Origin: the human T2T-CHM13v2.0 reference genome, Homo sapiens
Reading direction: 5' to 3' (one strand)
DNA: 64,000 nucleotides
NCBI RefSeq assembly: GCF_009914755.1
Contig: NC_060932.1
How positions within the stretch are numbered: the stretch's first letter is position 1; each line of letters begins with the position of its first letter. A program made the translations under genes and the position numbers. The notes beneath the pieces are model-generated. The model saw nothing but the letters and a program-made list of their open reading frames with translations. It was not told the origin of the DNA and ran no database searches. Below are positions 43,080-60,076 of this stretch, piece by piece.

Positions 43080-44514
43080 CTAATTTTTATAACCACTGAC
43101 AACTGAATACCCTTGGTCTATCTCTGAGCATAACTAAAGTATGTTAAAAATTAATTTATAGCACTAGTCAAGAAAAAAATAAACATTAGTAAAACCAATC
43201 TCCATAGTGTATCCAGAATCTAGGCTTGAATAACTATTTCCTTCTGATATAATGAAAACATTTTCTTTTAAACAAATTAATAAACTGAAAAGCCATGAAG
43301 AGGGGAGAGAAAACTTTAATTATAACAAAACAATCTTTCCCTTCCCTGAAAAAAAAGAAAATGGCTATATCCTAAGAATTCCAGAGGAATTTTGATTGTT
43401 GATTTTACCCCATAACAGCTTTTGAGACACTTTGCATATTGAAGTCAAAGAGAATAAGACCCTTTGAAGTTCCAAAGAAACTGTACTGCTCCATAAAGGA
43501 AAATCCTATGGAGGCATGAAGAGCAGACCCCATAAAGGCCCTGCCGAAAACAGCTATGGACATTTGACCAACGACCACACAGAGATGTATTCTACTTTAT
43601 GCTTTGTTGCCTTCTAGTCATGACGCTGTCTCAGATCTACAAAGGAAAAGTTTAACTTGAAAACGTACACTCAACAATGAATTAAGAGAGTTCTGCCTAA
43701 CACTTCCAGTTATCTGCTACATATAAAATCCTTTCTTGCAGAGGTAATTAGAATCCAAAAAGGTAACACAAGCCATGGTAATGGGAGGAGAGGGTGCTTC
43801 CTGCTTTTCAGAGCAGAGGTCACCAGCGCCAAGTGGTGATGCAGGGAAGAGCAGCTCTCACCAGGAAACCCACGGCCCTCCTTCACTTGAGTGCCGTGCT
43901 ACCGAGTTCATGCTGCTTCTTTACCTTTTCTTTCCTCAACTATCTCGTTTTACTTATCAGATTTCTTTCTTAATCTCTTACTTAATCTACCTTCAAGGAT
44001 CAAAAGGGAGAAAAGAAACAGAAAACAACTAAAATAAAAACTTTTTAACAGAAACATTATAATGAAAACATCTGAATGTAAATAAGCCATAAATTAACTT
44101 TAGCTAACTGTATTTATTATAGGTAGGATTCACTGGTAGACACTGCAGGGAATTAAACTACAGGTTTAATTATGTCACCACCCTAACGAATGTTCAGTCA
44201 CTCTCCCCTACCCGTAACATGACTAAGAAAGATCACACTCAGAGTACACTGCCAGCAGCATAACCAGGGCTGTGCAGGAGACATAAACTTATTTGCACAG
44301 GTTCAAAATTTATAGTAAAATAAGCATCAAAAAAAAACTACAATTTAGCTGGCCTCACTGCCTCTGCCCTCAGTGAGCTGGCGACCAAATTCTAAGACAA
44401 TGCTTCTCCGTGTCAGGAGAGTTCTGTGTAAAAGGTGAACTGCTGTTTCCAGGGCCCTTTAGTTATTGAATCTGAGTATAGGAGAAAATTGGATATACTC
44501 AGAAATTCTTCTTA

Positions 44515-45079
<565 letters not shown>

Positions 45080-45110
45080 CTAATCGATGGGAGTAAGAGG
45101 AAAAGAATCA

Positions 45111-45263
<153 letters not shown>

Positions 45264-45367
45264 TCATGTTAAAGAAATGTTACGCTGTAAAGGGTTCCAT
45301 TTAAATGCCATTTGCAGTATAAAATTAAGTAATACTACTACCATGGTTGTATTAGTTTCCTTTTTTA

Positions 45368-45583
45368 GTTCAGGCTCAAGTGGTCCCCTCCCACCTCAAC
45401 CTCCAGAATAGCTGGACTACAGGCATGTACCACCACACCCAGTTAACTTAAAATTTTTTTTTTGTAGAGACAGGGTTCCACTATGTTGCCTAGGTTGGCC
45501 TTGAACTCCTGGCCTCAAGTGATCCTCCTGCCTCAGCCTCCCAACGTGCAGGGATTACAGGTATGAGCCACCATCCCCAGCCC
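45368..45583 (-). mobile_element. Partial AluJ
   Basis: TSD attagtttcctttt. Confidence 0.88.
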
Positions 45584-46300
45584 CATTAGTTTCCTTTTCC
45601 AGTTAAATTCCATGATGAAGAGTCCAGCAAAGAAAAATATGCAACAAAAGCTCATTGTTCCTCTGATTGGGAGGGCAATTTAGGATACATATTGTTGGCT
45701 TTGTAATACTCATCTTTATTCATTTGATCTTGAACGTGCACACAAGATATCCTGGATTACAGACAATCTAGTCGCTATTCAACTATTGTACAAAGCAAAT
45801 AACAACCCTGTGGTTCCCCACAGCCTAACTGTCTCCCCTTGTGGTGACAAAATGAAACCCAATCAATGTCCTATATACACAAATTCAAAGCCAGTACCAC
45901 AGGGGAGGAACATAGAAAAACAGATTTAATCTGTTTATATACAGGACAAAGAGGAAGCTGCCTCTCCCACTGCTGCCAAAAGGAGGGAGGAAAACCTCTA
46001 TGGAGATAGGATGAAAAGGATCCTAGGTCTAATCTTCTGGAACATAAATAAAGCCTCTCCAGGGGCCAGGTAGCCCCGTGCTCCCTGGCTTTGTAAAATC
46101 CAAGATGTCTCCAGGTCTGGGCTCCTCCCTTATGACAAGTAAATCCATACCCAAGAAGGCAGAGCTCCTGTCTTCCTGGAGGCTTGGAAGTGTAACCTAG
46201 TGGCCTGGTGGAGGTGTGACCATGTGGCCATCTTGGAGCAAAAAGAGAAGTGGATCAGAGCAATTAGCTAGATAAACTGCTACAGATCTAACCCTCATTA

Positions 46301-46890
<590 letters not shown>

Positions 46891-47298
46891 TAAAATGCTT
46901 GTGGTGGAAGTTAAGGTGAACACTCCCTACACTGATATCCTGTACATTTCTGCCTCAGAGGCCAGGGCTTTTATAGGAGTACTGAGCCATCCAGGAGACC
47001 TTTATTCCCCACGGTTATTGAGCTCAACAATTAAGTACTTTGATATTAGAGGTCCATACTGTAGTTAATATCACCTCAAAAATGATGCAAAATGTCCCAG
47101 GGCTCAGACTAAACAACACAGAGACTCTTCCAAACAGTCTTTCTAGTCTTTGAAGCTATTTTTTTCCCCTAATACCTTCACTGGCCTCTATGAAGCAATT
47201 TTTAAAATTAATCAATATAAAAGGGTCTTAACTTTCAGTTTGAAAGTTTAACCTGGTCTTAAAGCATCACTTTTTTTTCCACAAAAGAATCATACTGG

Positions 47299-47593
47299 TG
47301 TTTTTTTTTTGAGACGGAGTCTCGCTCTGTCGCCCAGGCTGGAGTGCAGTGGCGCGCAGTCTCTGCTCACTGCAAGCTCCGCCTCCCGGGTCCACGCCAT
47401 TCTCCTGCCTCAGCCTCCCGAGTAGCTGGGACTACAGGCACCCGCCACCACGCCCGGCTAATTTTCTGTACCTTTAGTAGAGACAGGGTTTCACCGTGTT
47501 AGCCAGGATGGTCTTGATCTCCTGACCTTGTGATCCACCCACCTCGGCCTCCCAAAGTGCTGGGATTACAGGCGTGAGCCACCGCGCCTGGCC
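47299..47593 (-). mobile_element. AluY (CpG-rich)
   Basis: TSD aagaatcatactg. Confidence 0.95.
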
Positions 47594-47650
47594 AAGAATC
47601 ATACTGTTTTATTCTTAGTACATAAGTTTTTTAATACATGTATACATAGC

Positions 47651-47692
<42 letters not shown>
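47651..47692. repeat. (TA)n(CA)n microsatellite
   Basis: Seen directly. Confidence 0.95.
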
Positions 47693-47787
47693 ATACAGAC
47701 ATACCCCTTTATAGAAAATCATCCCTCTACAATCCTACATCCCAAAGGTAACCACTGTCGACTTTCAAAATATTTTATTTATATACC

Positions 47788-48026
47788 TTTTTTTTTTTTT
47801 TTTTTTGAGACAGAGTCTTACTCTGTCACCCAGGCTAGAGCGCAGTGGTGAAATCTGGGCTCACTGCGACCTCTGACTCCCGGGTTCAAGTGATTCTCCT
47901 GTCTCAGCCTCCCAAGTAGCTGGGATTACAGGCGTCCACCACCACGCCCGGCTAATTTTTGTATTTTTAGTAGCAACAGGGTTTCACCATGTTGGCCGGG
48001 CTGGTCTCAAACTCCTGACCCCCGGC
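47788..48026 (-). mobile_element. AluS with a 5' deletion
   Basis: Reverse Alu lacking most of the 5' part of the left arm. Confidence 0.9.
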
Positions 48027-49152
48027 CAATTTATATACATTTAAATATGTGTATATACACGTGTAAAAATAAAAATAAATCTGCCAAGGAGGCAGAGCTC
48101 CTGTCTTCCTGGAAGAAACCAGTAACTGGTTTCTTCTTAGAGTACTTTCCACGTAAACATATGCACTCTACCAATGTTTTCAGTAGCCACCCAGTACCTC
48201 AACTATGGACCACAACCAAGCTACCAGAACCCTACAGCTAGAAATGCAAGTATTTCTAAATTATGACTACCATACAGAGTGGAGAGTCCTGAGCACACTG
48301 TTTAAGCAGCTCTCTTGTAAGGAAGCTGCTAGGCCAGGACTGTGGTCACTCAATCCGAGCCCAGCTGCAGAGCACTGTGCCTGTGTCGCCCCACCAACCA
48401 TGACACGCAGGGTCCTTTCCTTGTGCCCTTGGCAACACCAAACATTGTTCATCTTTTAAATATTTGACAGTAGCCAATATCATTTTAATTTGAAGTTCCT
48501 TGTTTACAAAACGGTTGACTATTTTAAGATACATTCCATCGGCCATTTACATTTCTTCTTTTATGAGCTGCCTATTTTTTTCTTTATACATTTGTCCATT
48601 TTAAAATCTGATCTCTTCAGTAGTATGTTGCACATTATACATGTTACAATGTTGGTTTTGTGCCATTCAGTAGTCTTAAACATTTATAAGGTCAAAACTA
48701 TCAATACATTAACACTTTTATGTGTCTCCCTATCTGTACAAACTTTATAGAAAGACACAGAAGGATGCTGATTATAGAAAAGTAATGAAATCCATCCAAG
48801 GAGCAGAAATCACACTGCACACAGAAGAAAACGTTTTGAAATGCTACGAGTCTACTTTTTGTTAACAAAACATCTATGCACATGTCAAGATGTGTTATTA
48901 TAAAGACATTCTCCAGACTTTACAGAGGATCTAACATCTTTTCCCAGGGAACAAGCAGGTGAAAGGGGTGACGTGAACGTTCATTTTTATCTTTGAACAT
49001 TTTAATATTATAAACTGATGTGTTATCAACAAAAAAGACCTAAAGATATACACAGACAGATATGCTATGTGGTCATTACATTTTTCTGTAATTTATTTAT
49101 AGTTCGTTTTTCCTTCTAAATCTTATTGATTTACAGTTAGTTTCTTCACTTG

Positions 49153-50641
49153 TGACAAAGCCCCTCTTCCTTACCCTAACTCTAGTCAGGCTCCTCTGAA
49201 CTCTTCTCAACTAGGCCTTGATTTCTGGGCTTCCATGTTCATCTCTATTAGTCCAGTTTCACCAAGAACTCCGCTGAGTCAGTTCAGTGAAAACTCCTCC
49301 CCTTGATATATAATCTAATTCCTCATCTCCCCCCAGCCCCCAGGCAGTGTCTGGTCACCCTGGCCCATCTTCAGCCATAACACTCTTAGGATTGGTTTAG
49401 CCACAATCCTCTTTATGCCTGATGTTTCTTCTGTTGTGGGAAGTCAGGGACCCCACACGGAGGGACCGGTTGGAGCCGAGGCAGAAGAACGTAAATTGTG
49501 AAGATTTCATGGACATTTATCAGTTCCCAAAATTAATACTTTTATAATTTCTTACACCTCTCTTTACTGCAGTCTCTGAACATAAATTGTGAAGATTTCA
49601 TGGACATTCATCACTTCCCCAATCAATACTCTTATAATTTCTTATGCCTGTCTTTAATCTCTTAATCCTGTTATCTTCGTAAGCTGAGAATGTACATCAC
49701 CTCAGGACCACTACCGTACAAATTGATTGTAAAATATGTGTGCTTGAACAATATGAAATCAGTGCACACTGAAAAAGAACAGAATAACAGCGATTTTCAG
49801 GTAACAAGCAAGGGAAGATAACCATAAGGTCTGACTGCCTACAGGGTCAGGCAGAACACAGCCACAGTTTTCTTCTCATAGAAAGCCTATAGACGGATGT
49901 GCAAGTAGGAGAAATATCGCTGAATTCTTTTCCCAGCAAGGAATGACCCTGGGGAAGGAATGCATTCCTAGGGGTAGGTCTATAGACAGCTGCTCTGGGA
50001 GTGTCTGTCTTATGCAGTTGAGATAAGGACTGAAATATGGCCTTGTCTCCTGCAGTACCCTCAGGCTTACCAGGATTGGGAAATTCCAGCCTGGTAAATT
50101 CTAGTCAGATTGGTTGTCTGCCCTCGAACCCTGTTTCCTGTTAAGATGTTTATCAAGACAATCCACAGTGGGACATAGGCCCTCATCAGTAATTCTAATT
50201 TTGCCTTGCCTTGTGACCTTTATTGCCCTCTGAAGCACGTGATCTTTGTGACCTACTCCCAGTTCATATACCCGCTCCTCTTTTAAAATCCCTAATAAAA
50301 ATCTGCTGGTTTTGCGGCTCGGGGTTGTCATCACGGTCCCGGGTGTAACATTTCTCTCTTTGTACTCTTTCTCTTTATTTCTCAGACCGGCCGACACTTA
50401 GGGAAAATAGAAAAGAACCTACGTTGAAATACTGGGGGCTGGTTCCCCCAATATTCCTCTTAGTTATTTTCCATCCACTGACCCTGACCCTGCTCCTTGG
50501 CTATCAATCCCCCTGGTCAATAAGTATTTGGAGTAGAGCCCAATCCCTCTACAGCAGTGTAAAGGCCCACTGGAGTAGCCTCCCCTTTAATAGTTTTCCT
50601 TAACATCTTAACGAATGTCATGAATAACTTTTTCTTTAACA
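49153..50641 (+). mobile_element. MER31-like ERV1 solo LTR, split by MER11
   Basis: tgacaaag...tagtcaggctcctctgaa...aactaggcct at the 5' end; 3' half ends ...ttttctttaaca. Confidence 0.7.
49432..50453 (+). mobile_element. MER11 solo LTR (HERV-K HML-8 group)
   Basis: tgttgtgggaagtcagggacccc...ggctggttcccccaata; internal repeat aaattgtgaagatttcatggacatt x2; 6-bp TSD ttcttc/ttcctc. Confidence 0.92.
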
Positions 50642-51985
50642 TGTTAGTCATTTGACCTAATACCATTTATTAAATGACCCATTTCCCACTTAAATAACCC
50701 CCTACCATAGACACAATTTTCATATACACACAAGGGGCCATTTCCCAGCACCTAGCTCTCCCACTGAGCCATCTGTGCGCTGGTTCAGCCTCTTATACTC
50801 CATAAGGCCACTTTTCAACATCTACTACACAAGACTCCCTCCAGCGTGCAACCCTTTCAAAATGTGTCTTGCTTATTAGGCTCAAGCAATTACTCCTTCA
50901 GATTATTCTTTTAAGTTCAAAAATAAAATTAATTCTGGATTTTTTACTGGAATTACACCAGAGTTATCAATTGATTTGGGGAAACGACGTTTTTTTCAAT
51001 AATGACTTCTACCTCAGGTACATAAGCTATTCATCTTCTATAGTCATAAAATATGTTTGCCTGGCACATTGAAGTTTATTCCTAGACATTTTTTTTTTGA
51101 TGCTGTTATGAATAAGATGTTTATAGACATATTTTCCAAGTGGTCAATACTAATATATGAAATATATGAGAATAATATATGAAAAAAGATATATGAGAAT
51201 TATGTGTTTATAATTCATCAGCTTTTTCCTTTATTAATTCTTAGAGTTTATCAGCTGATATGCTTACTCTTGGGCCTTCCAGATTTTGAAAACAATTATA
51301 ATAATCTTTTCTCCTTCTTAATAGTCCTTCTATGATTTTCTTATCTTACAGTATTGAATAGAATCTCCCAAATAGTTAGTGGGGCTGATATCCTAGCCTT
51401 ACTGGCCCGCTGACAAGTGTCTTTTGATTGCCAAGTGCCAAGTGCTGGGGTAGATGCTGGAGAGGAAGCAAGGAACACCAGGCTCTGTCCATGCAGAGTT
51501 TAACTAACTCCAAGTAAAGCACTGACCACTCCCAGAAACAGGCCATGCTCCCATGCTGGGTGGAAGCACAAGGGAGTGTCAGTGCTTCACACAGAGGATG
51601 ACCTGGCTGCAAGATTCAGGCAGACATTCTATCACATTAAACATCATGTGAAACTACTCCTAGTTTATCAGGAGCTGCCAAATGCCTTCCAGGCTTCCAT
51701 GGAGAGGTTCATTGCTACGTTAAATCTATTTCTGTGGTAAGTTTCCAGTTTTCACTATGAGCTCTATTTAATCACAGTGCATCTGAACATACTGCTGGAC
51801 TATATCCACTCATGTATACTGCAGAATTTTCCAGCTGCATTTTGAATGAGTTTTGCATTTCATTTTCTTTTTTAAGTGTGTACCCTGATATCCAGGTCAT
51901 GCTAGATTCATAAAATGAACTGAGAAGATTTCTTACCTTTTTCTGCTTCATGGCAGCAGTGAAGGATTTGTCCATAAAGTCATAG

Positions 51986-52352
<367 letters not shown>

Positions 52353-52434
52353 TGAAAGACTACGTTTGTCCATGAGAGGGGTGACAGCTAATTCACCTTT
52401 AGATGCCTGGACTCTCAGTAACTTTTAACTACAA

Positions 52435-52610
52435 CAGCGATTCCCAAACTCCGAGACACACTGAAAGTGGAGGGGAGAGCTTTTAGAAGTCCTGGTGCCC
52501 AGGTCATGCCCATGACCAATTAAACCAGAGCACCTGGGGTAGCAGTCAGGGAGCAGTATCGTTCCTAACCATCTCCAGGTAATTCCACTGCTCTGCTGAC
52601 CACTGAATTA
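52435..52610. mobile_element. MER5-like fragment
   Basis: cagcgattcccaaact...ctggtgcccagg...accaattaaaccaga. Confidence 0.55.
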
Positions 52611-52642
52611 GACAAACCAAACTTTTAGAAATTTTACAACTA

Positions 52643-52816
<174 letters not shown>

Positions 52817-53180
52817 CTAAAACAGACCAGGAGGTCAGCAATGTTTAAGTTATCACGTTGATGACAAGAGAATATTTGAAATGTCACTCAATTTAGCCTT
52901 TAAGAAGAAAAATTTCATTGCACATAACTATCATGTAACCCAAATATAAATTAACTGGAATTAACATTTCTTGTTCTATAAAACTAATGATTCTGTTCAC
53001 TTTGTTTTTTTATCCAAGAACAAAGAATTAAAATGTAAAAGCTTTAGAAACTGGGAAGTATATTTCACTGTTGCCATATTAAAGAACTATATAACTTTGC
53101 TTCATCTGTTAGCACATTTTCAACTATCACTTTAAGTAAAAATATTTTTTGAAGCACTATAGAAAATTTACAAATTAATA

Positions 53181-53513
53181 CACGCATACCTCATTTTATG
53201 GAGCTTTGGACACAATGTGTTTTTTAACAAATTGAAGGTCTGTGGCAACCCTGCATTGAGAAATTCTATTGGCTCAATTCTTCCAACAGCATGTGCTCAC
53301 TTTGTTAGCATTTTTAAGCAATAAAGCATTTTAAAGTATGTATATAAAGTTCTAATGCTATTGCACACTAAATAGACCAGAGTATAGTGTAAACATAACT
53401 TTTACATGTACTGAAAAACCAAAAAACTAGTGTGATTTGCTACACTGAGATATTAACTTTATTGCTTTGGTCTGGAGCTGAACCTGCAGTATCACCAAGG
53501 TATGCTATGCCTG
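53181..53513. mobile_element. Internally deleted Tigger1 retaining both termini
   Basis: ta|cacgcatacctc...aggtatgctatgcctg|ta, i.e. TIR remnants with a TA TSD. Confidence 0.85.
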
Positions 53514-53656
53514 TATGAAAATTTGAGATTATCTGTTTCTAATCTCCCAGAGTTAAGGGGATAACCAAGCATAGCCCGAATATCACTCTCAAATGCCCTT
53601 TATGTTCCATTTTATATAATGAAGAGCTTTTGGTATATTAACGTTTTGAAAGGCAA

Positions 53657-53946
53657 TTTTTTTTTTTTGAGACGGAGTCTCGCTCTGTCTCCCAGGCTGG
53701 AATCCAGTGGCGTAATCTCGGCTTGCTGCAACCACTGCCTCCCAGGTTCAAACGATTCTCCTGCCTCAGCCTACCGAGTAGCTGAGACTACACTCGCATG
53801 CCAGCACACCTAATTTTTGTATTTTTAGTAAAGATCAGGTTTTACCATGTTGGCCAGGCTGGTCTCAAACTCCTGACCTCAAGTGATCTGCCTGCCTCGG
53901 CCTCCCAAAGTGCTGGGATTACAGGCATGAGCCACCATGCCCAGCC
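53657..53946 (-). mobile_element. AluS
   Basis: Reverse dimer. Confidence 0.93.
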
Positions 53947-54124
53947 CAATTACCTATTAAGATGATTTATACTTAACTTACATTTATCAATGACACTGAC
54001 TTCTAATAAGTAAGTAGTTTTCTAATTACTATATTACAGAAAATACAAAATTACTAATATTGGAATGGCTGAAACATGTTCTCTATATCCTAAGCAATAT
54101 GTATTTTTAAAGCAATAGGATCTA

Positions 54125-54361
<237 letters not shown>

Positions 54362-54761
54362 TTATTAGTGTCAGAATTATTCACAAATCAAAACATTTCT
54401 AATGCCAGCTGTTCTACATTCTATTAAAGTGAAGCACTTCATTCATCTTTCCCTTTTCTTTTGCCTCAGATATGTAATTACAACATCAGAAATCACTCGA
54501 TTTAATTTAAAGTAAAATTACTTTTAAACAAGCCTAATAGTCTCAAATGTTTAATATCCAAATTCAGTAAGAGTTACTTAAAGTATTTTGTAGAAGAAAG
54601 TCAATGAACAAAATTTTTACTTAAAAAAAAAATCTCTTTGAAACACTTTCCAAATACAGGCTCTAACTCCCTAAATAACCAAAAGTCACTGGTATATTTA
54701 ACACCAAATTTCAAAAGTAAAAATACAGAGGAATTTTTACTAATCAAAAATGTAGACTTTT

Positions 54762-55208
<447 letters not shown>

Positions 55209-55581
55209 TACTAATCAAAAATGGTAATTCTCATTTGGAAAAATTTCTAAAAATATCATAATATTAACAATATTGGATCTCAAAGAGATTAACTTGGAAT
55301 TCCCGACACTAATATGGAAAAGAGTATCAAATTACATTGTTTCAAACTGGATAACATGCTTAACAAGTCAAGCTAGAACATATGTTCTACCAGTATACTG
55401 AATTATTCCAATTTTACGGATACAGTCAAACCATTAGGCAAGATATTATTCTTTATAATCTTATTTAGAAATATATAAATCACATATAGGAGCAAATATT
55501 CAGAATATATTATGACCTGGATACATCCAAATAAAAGCACAAATATATCTACAGAGGTTATTTATTTTAAAAGAAGTTTAC

Positions 55582-55672
55582 CTGTCAGAAGATTTTTGTT
55601 TATTTGTCCTCCTAGAGATCCAAGCATTTGTACTACTCTAATTCTTATTTCTTCTAAGGATATTGCTTCGTT
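55582..55672 (-). CDS. PRKDC: PRKDC exon 23: NEAISLEE...INKNLLT
   Basis: 91 nt, tacag|AAC...ACAG|gtaaac. Confidence 0.97.
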
Positions 55673-55777
55673 CTGTAAATTTGAACAATTGTATATATGT
55701 GATTACAAATGGGTTAAAGATTAAATAGAAGACATAGGAAAAAACTCTTTGCCACCCACTTGGATGTCCATTTCCTA

Positions 55778-57192
55778 GAACCGCAGTTCCAAACTTTTTG
55801 GCAGGATCCTTTCCACTCTTAAGAAATATCAAGGACCCCCAAAGAGCTGTTTTATGTAGGTCCTGTTTATCAGTATTAATGACATTAGAAATTGAAACAC
55901 AGAAACTATGTAAATAGTTAAACTACTAAACCCATTACATGTTATAAAAAGTAACTATATTTTTCAAACAAATGAAACTCTGGGCAAAGTGGCCATTCCA
56001 CAGTAGTGCAGATCCGTTTACAGTGTAGCTCACTGGGAGACAGTTTGGTCCTCACACCGATATTGCAGTTGGAAAACCAGGCAAGAAATTTTAAATAGTC
56101 TTTTTAGCTAACTGTAGTTATTCTTCTTTGATATCACACCAAAACTGAACCAGCGTAGTTTCTTAAAGGTTAGTTACAATGTCGAATCTGAATTCTTATC
56201 ATGAACTCTACGTACTCTACTATGTTAAAATCCAGTGGCTGATCTTGCACTTTGAGTGGATTTTTCATCCATGTATAATTTGGAAACATCATGTATTCCT
56301 CATCTGAAAATACTGGTTCACTGGATTGTGCAGATATTCCAAATGTTGACACATTTCATTATATATGCAAAAAATCACATAAGCAAATATCACCACCAAT
56401 CTTATTAGAAAAAAATCTTAGGCTGGGCGCAGTGGCTCACACCTGTATCCCAGCATTTTGGGAGGCCAAGGTGGGCAGATCACGAGGTCAGGAGTTCGAG
56501 ACCAGCCTTTCACCAACATGGTGAAAGCCCGTCTCTACTAAAAATAAAACAATTAGCCAGGCGTGGTGGCACGCACCTGTAATCCCAGCTCCTCAGAAGG
56601 CTGAGGCAGGAGAATCGCTTGAACCCAGGAGGTGGAGGTTGCAGTGAGCACTCCAGCCTGGGCAACGTAGCGAGACTCCATCTCAAAATAAAAAAAAAAA
56701 AATCTTTAAGTAATGAGAAGCTATCAAACTTACTGCAATAGTTACAAGTTCTCCAAAACTTTACAGTTCACTTAAAAGCTTAAATTTTATCATTGGCAAC
56801 AGATTTTCAGAAGTTTTCCTCAAAGTGGCAGGCTCGGTTCATTTTAGAGAAAATGTCTGCATATATCCACCTATGAATAACCTCAGTGTGCCTTTCAGTT
56901 GTCATTTCAATAAAAATTGTGTCCACAAAGCAGTGGCTACTTCAGCTCCCAGTTCAAAGCACCACACAGTGCTTTTTCTCCAGATAGCTGTCACACTTTT
57001 CTACGCAGGCCTGCTTCAGGTGCACCTCCTGCCTCACACACGGAGTATTTTTAAAAATCTGTGCTCAGAGTCAACGCTAGAGAATCAACAGTGTTCTCCA
57101 TCATAATACCGTGGTGCAAATTAACGGAGTAAAAATAGCTTTGGCCTTGCACCCTGGATCCCCCAGGGGTCACAGTTAGAGAACCATAGTGC
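55778..57192. mobile_element. Charlie1-like hAT DNA transposon, interrupted by an AluS at 56421-56702
   Basis: Termini cagttccaaactttttgg...aaggacccccaaagagct and ...gagaaccatagtg; Alu TSD aaaaaatctt. Confidence 0.75.
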
Positions 57193-57227
57193 TAAGGAAC
57201 AGGCATTGTGTATCTGTACAAAAATTT

Positions 57228-57543
<316 letters not shown>

Positions 57544-58109
57544 TTATTTGTAAAACTAGAGATATATTTATTTTATCCTGCTGTGCCATAAAATTATAAA
57601 AACTTTTATGCCGCCATTTCTAGTTTCATTCTAGTCTCTCAATCAAAAGATGCCCAAAATAATGAGGTGAGAAGAACTGACCCTAGAGTTTGCATTATCA
57701 GTTTTAGATGTTAAAAGTTTTTCAAATTTTAATTCTTACTTCATTCCAAAAATAGCTATTTTCCCTATTCTAACTCAATTTTCTCTATTTACGTCATATT
57801 TTACTATCACATCGTATGGCTCATCTCGAGAAAACTTGCCCCAAGGAATTATCACCAAAAAGCCATAAAAGAACAAAAAAGAAAACTGGAACAAACTGAA
57901 CCTGATAATATGACATATTTAAGATCTAAGCATAAATGAAAGTCTTACATATCCCTGGTATCAGTATTCTGACTTGCTTATTTAATATGAACCAGTTTAC
58001 CTTTTATTATCCACTAAATACATTTGAGGGCAGGAATGAACAGAAAAACAAGACCAAAAAAATAAACAAAACAGTTAATATAGTTTATATTTTCATAGCT
58101 AAAAATATA

Positions 58110-58386
58110 TTAATTTTTTTTGTCAGGCCACTCCCATTGCCCAGGCTGGAGTGCAGTGGTGTGATCTTGCTCACTACAGCCTCAACTTCCTGGGCACAGG
58201 TGATTCTCCCACCTCAGCCTCCCAAGTAGCTGGGGCCACAGGCATGCGCCACCACACCCAGCTAATTTTTTGTATTTTTTAATAGAGACAGGGTCTTCCT
58301 ATGTTGCCCAGGCTGAGCTCAAGCGATCCACCCACCTCACCCTCCTAAAGTGCTGGGATTACAGGTGTGCGCCACCATGCCTGGTC
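58110..58386 (-). mobile_element. AluJ-like
   Basis: Reverse dimer with small deletions. Confidence 0.9.
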
Positions 58387-58497
58387 AATATATTAAAATT
58401 ATTTTTATATTGTACTCTACTTTGTATACAAAAACAACTAACATTTTAAATGAAGATTTTTACTTTTCACAAGTGTTAGAATCTGATCTCTGCATTA

Positions 58498-58662
<165 letters not shown>

Positions 58663-58799
58663 TTAAAATAGCACTCATTCATTCATTTAATGTACATTAG
58701 AGGCAACAAACTATATTGTCAAATAGAAACATTAAAATCCTAAATTATGATTTAAAAAAATTAAGTTTCTAAAACAAAAAATATAAATGGTGGTTGCTT

Positions 58800-59640
58800 T
58801 TAAACATCACTGTCTGCCAAAAGGAACATGGCTCCTTGGGAAGTGTCTGACTCCAGGGTCGAGAAGAGCATGAATCATCTCATGGAGCAGGAGTGGCTCC
58901 CACGCATCACACTCGGGCCAAATCTGGGACAATGTGGGCTTCAAAACCAATCATGATGGCAAAAGATTAGACCCACTGAAAAAATAAGAATCCACAAATC
59001 TTACTAATACAGATAAATAAATAACGGGGAAAATTGTTTCTTGCAGTAGAACATCAACTAGGATGAAAGAAATGATGGGGGTAGAAAATCACCATTTTGC
59101 AACCATCAAAGTAATACCTGATTCAGAAGAATAGTCAGTGGATACTAAAACTATTATGGTGAGCTTGATGAGGAACAAGACTATTTACAGTGTTGAAGTA
59201 CCCCGAATAAATTCCTTTTTTTTTTTAAGCAATCATAAACTTACAGAGGATGGAGAGTATATAACTTCTTTCCTGAAGCACTGAGGGTAAGTGACCGACT
59301 CAACACCCCACTGCCCCGAATGCTTCAATGTGTGTTTTCCACAAGGACAGTCTCCCACACAACTGCCACACAACCATCCAAACCAGATTATCAACATTCA
59401 CTCCTCAGCACCACTCCGAGTTCAGCATTCACCTAAGAATGTTTTTAATTCAGGACAGCATATTGCACTTAGTTGACCTATCTCTTTAGTCTCTTTTAGA
59501 CTGAAGCTGTTCTTCAGTATTACCTTGCATTTCATAATTTGGACATTTAAAAAATCATATGCCAGTAATTTCATACGTGGTCTCTCCATATGCATTTGTC
59601 TAATGTTTTCTCATGATTAGACTCAGGTTATGGGAACCAG
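58800..59640. mobile_element. Old L1MC-like 3' fragments in both orientations
   Basis: gggccaaatctgggacaat and aaaatcaccattttgcaaccatca; ttttctcatgattagactcaggttatg. Confidence 0.55.
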
Positions 59641-60076
59641 TTGTAACATTTTACTATTTCCTTTATTAACTGCTGAATTAAACTTTGACACATGTTCATT
59701 TTTTCTCTGCAGAGTCATAGTTCTACAACTATAAAGTCATTTCCAAAAGTTCTGAGATGTCCAGTGCATTCACTGACACAGCCAGGTGAGCTGCGCCGCG
59801 GGAGGGCACCTGCCGGTGGTTTAACTCCAGCAAGTCTTCTCTTGGTTCCAGAATGAATCCCTGGCAGTGGGATCTTAGCTCTGCTCTCTCTAGCTAGTTC
59901 TTTTCCTTTCTATAAGATGTTAAAGAGTTCTACTCTCTGATGGGCCAGAGATGATAAGAGAATCCAGTTTTTAGTGGTTTTTTTTTTTTTTTTTTGAGCT
60001 CCAATAAGTTAAGAATTTTTAGTTCACTGGAAAAAACAGATCTTTGATATCTGGACTATTCAGCATTTTCTATGTC

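Noticed and set aside
49487-49660. Repeat-spacer appearance inside MER11
   Set aside because: An internal LTR duplication in eukaryotic DNA, not a CRISPR array.
55673-55725. tctttaac resembling a U12 branch point upstream of exon 23
   Set aside because: The matching donor is gtaaga (U2-type). None of the introns whose donors lie in the window starts with GTATCC or ATATCC.
59862-59876. tggcagtgggatc resembling a tRNA-Leu primer binding site before ERV-like sequence
   Set aside because: Only a partial match with no clear adjacent LTR end; cannot be supported without a repeat library search.
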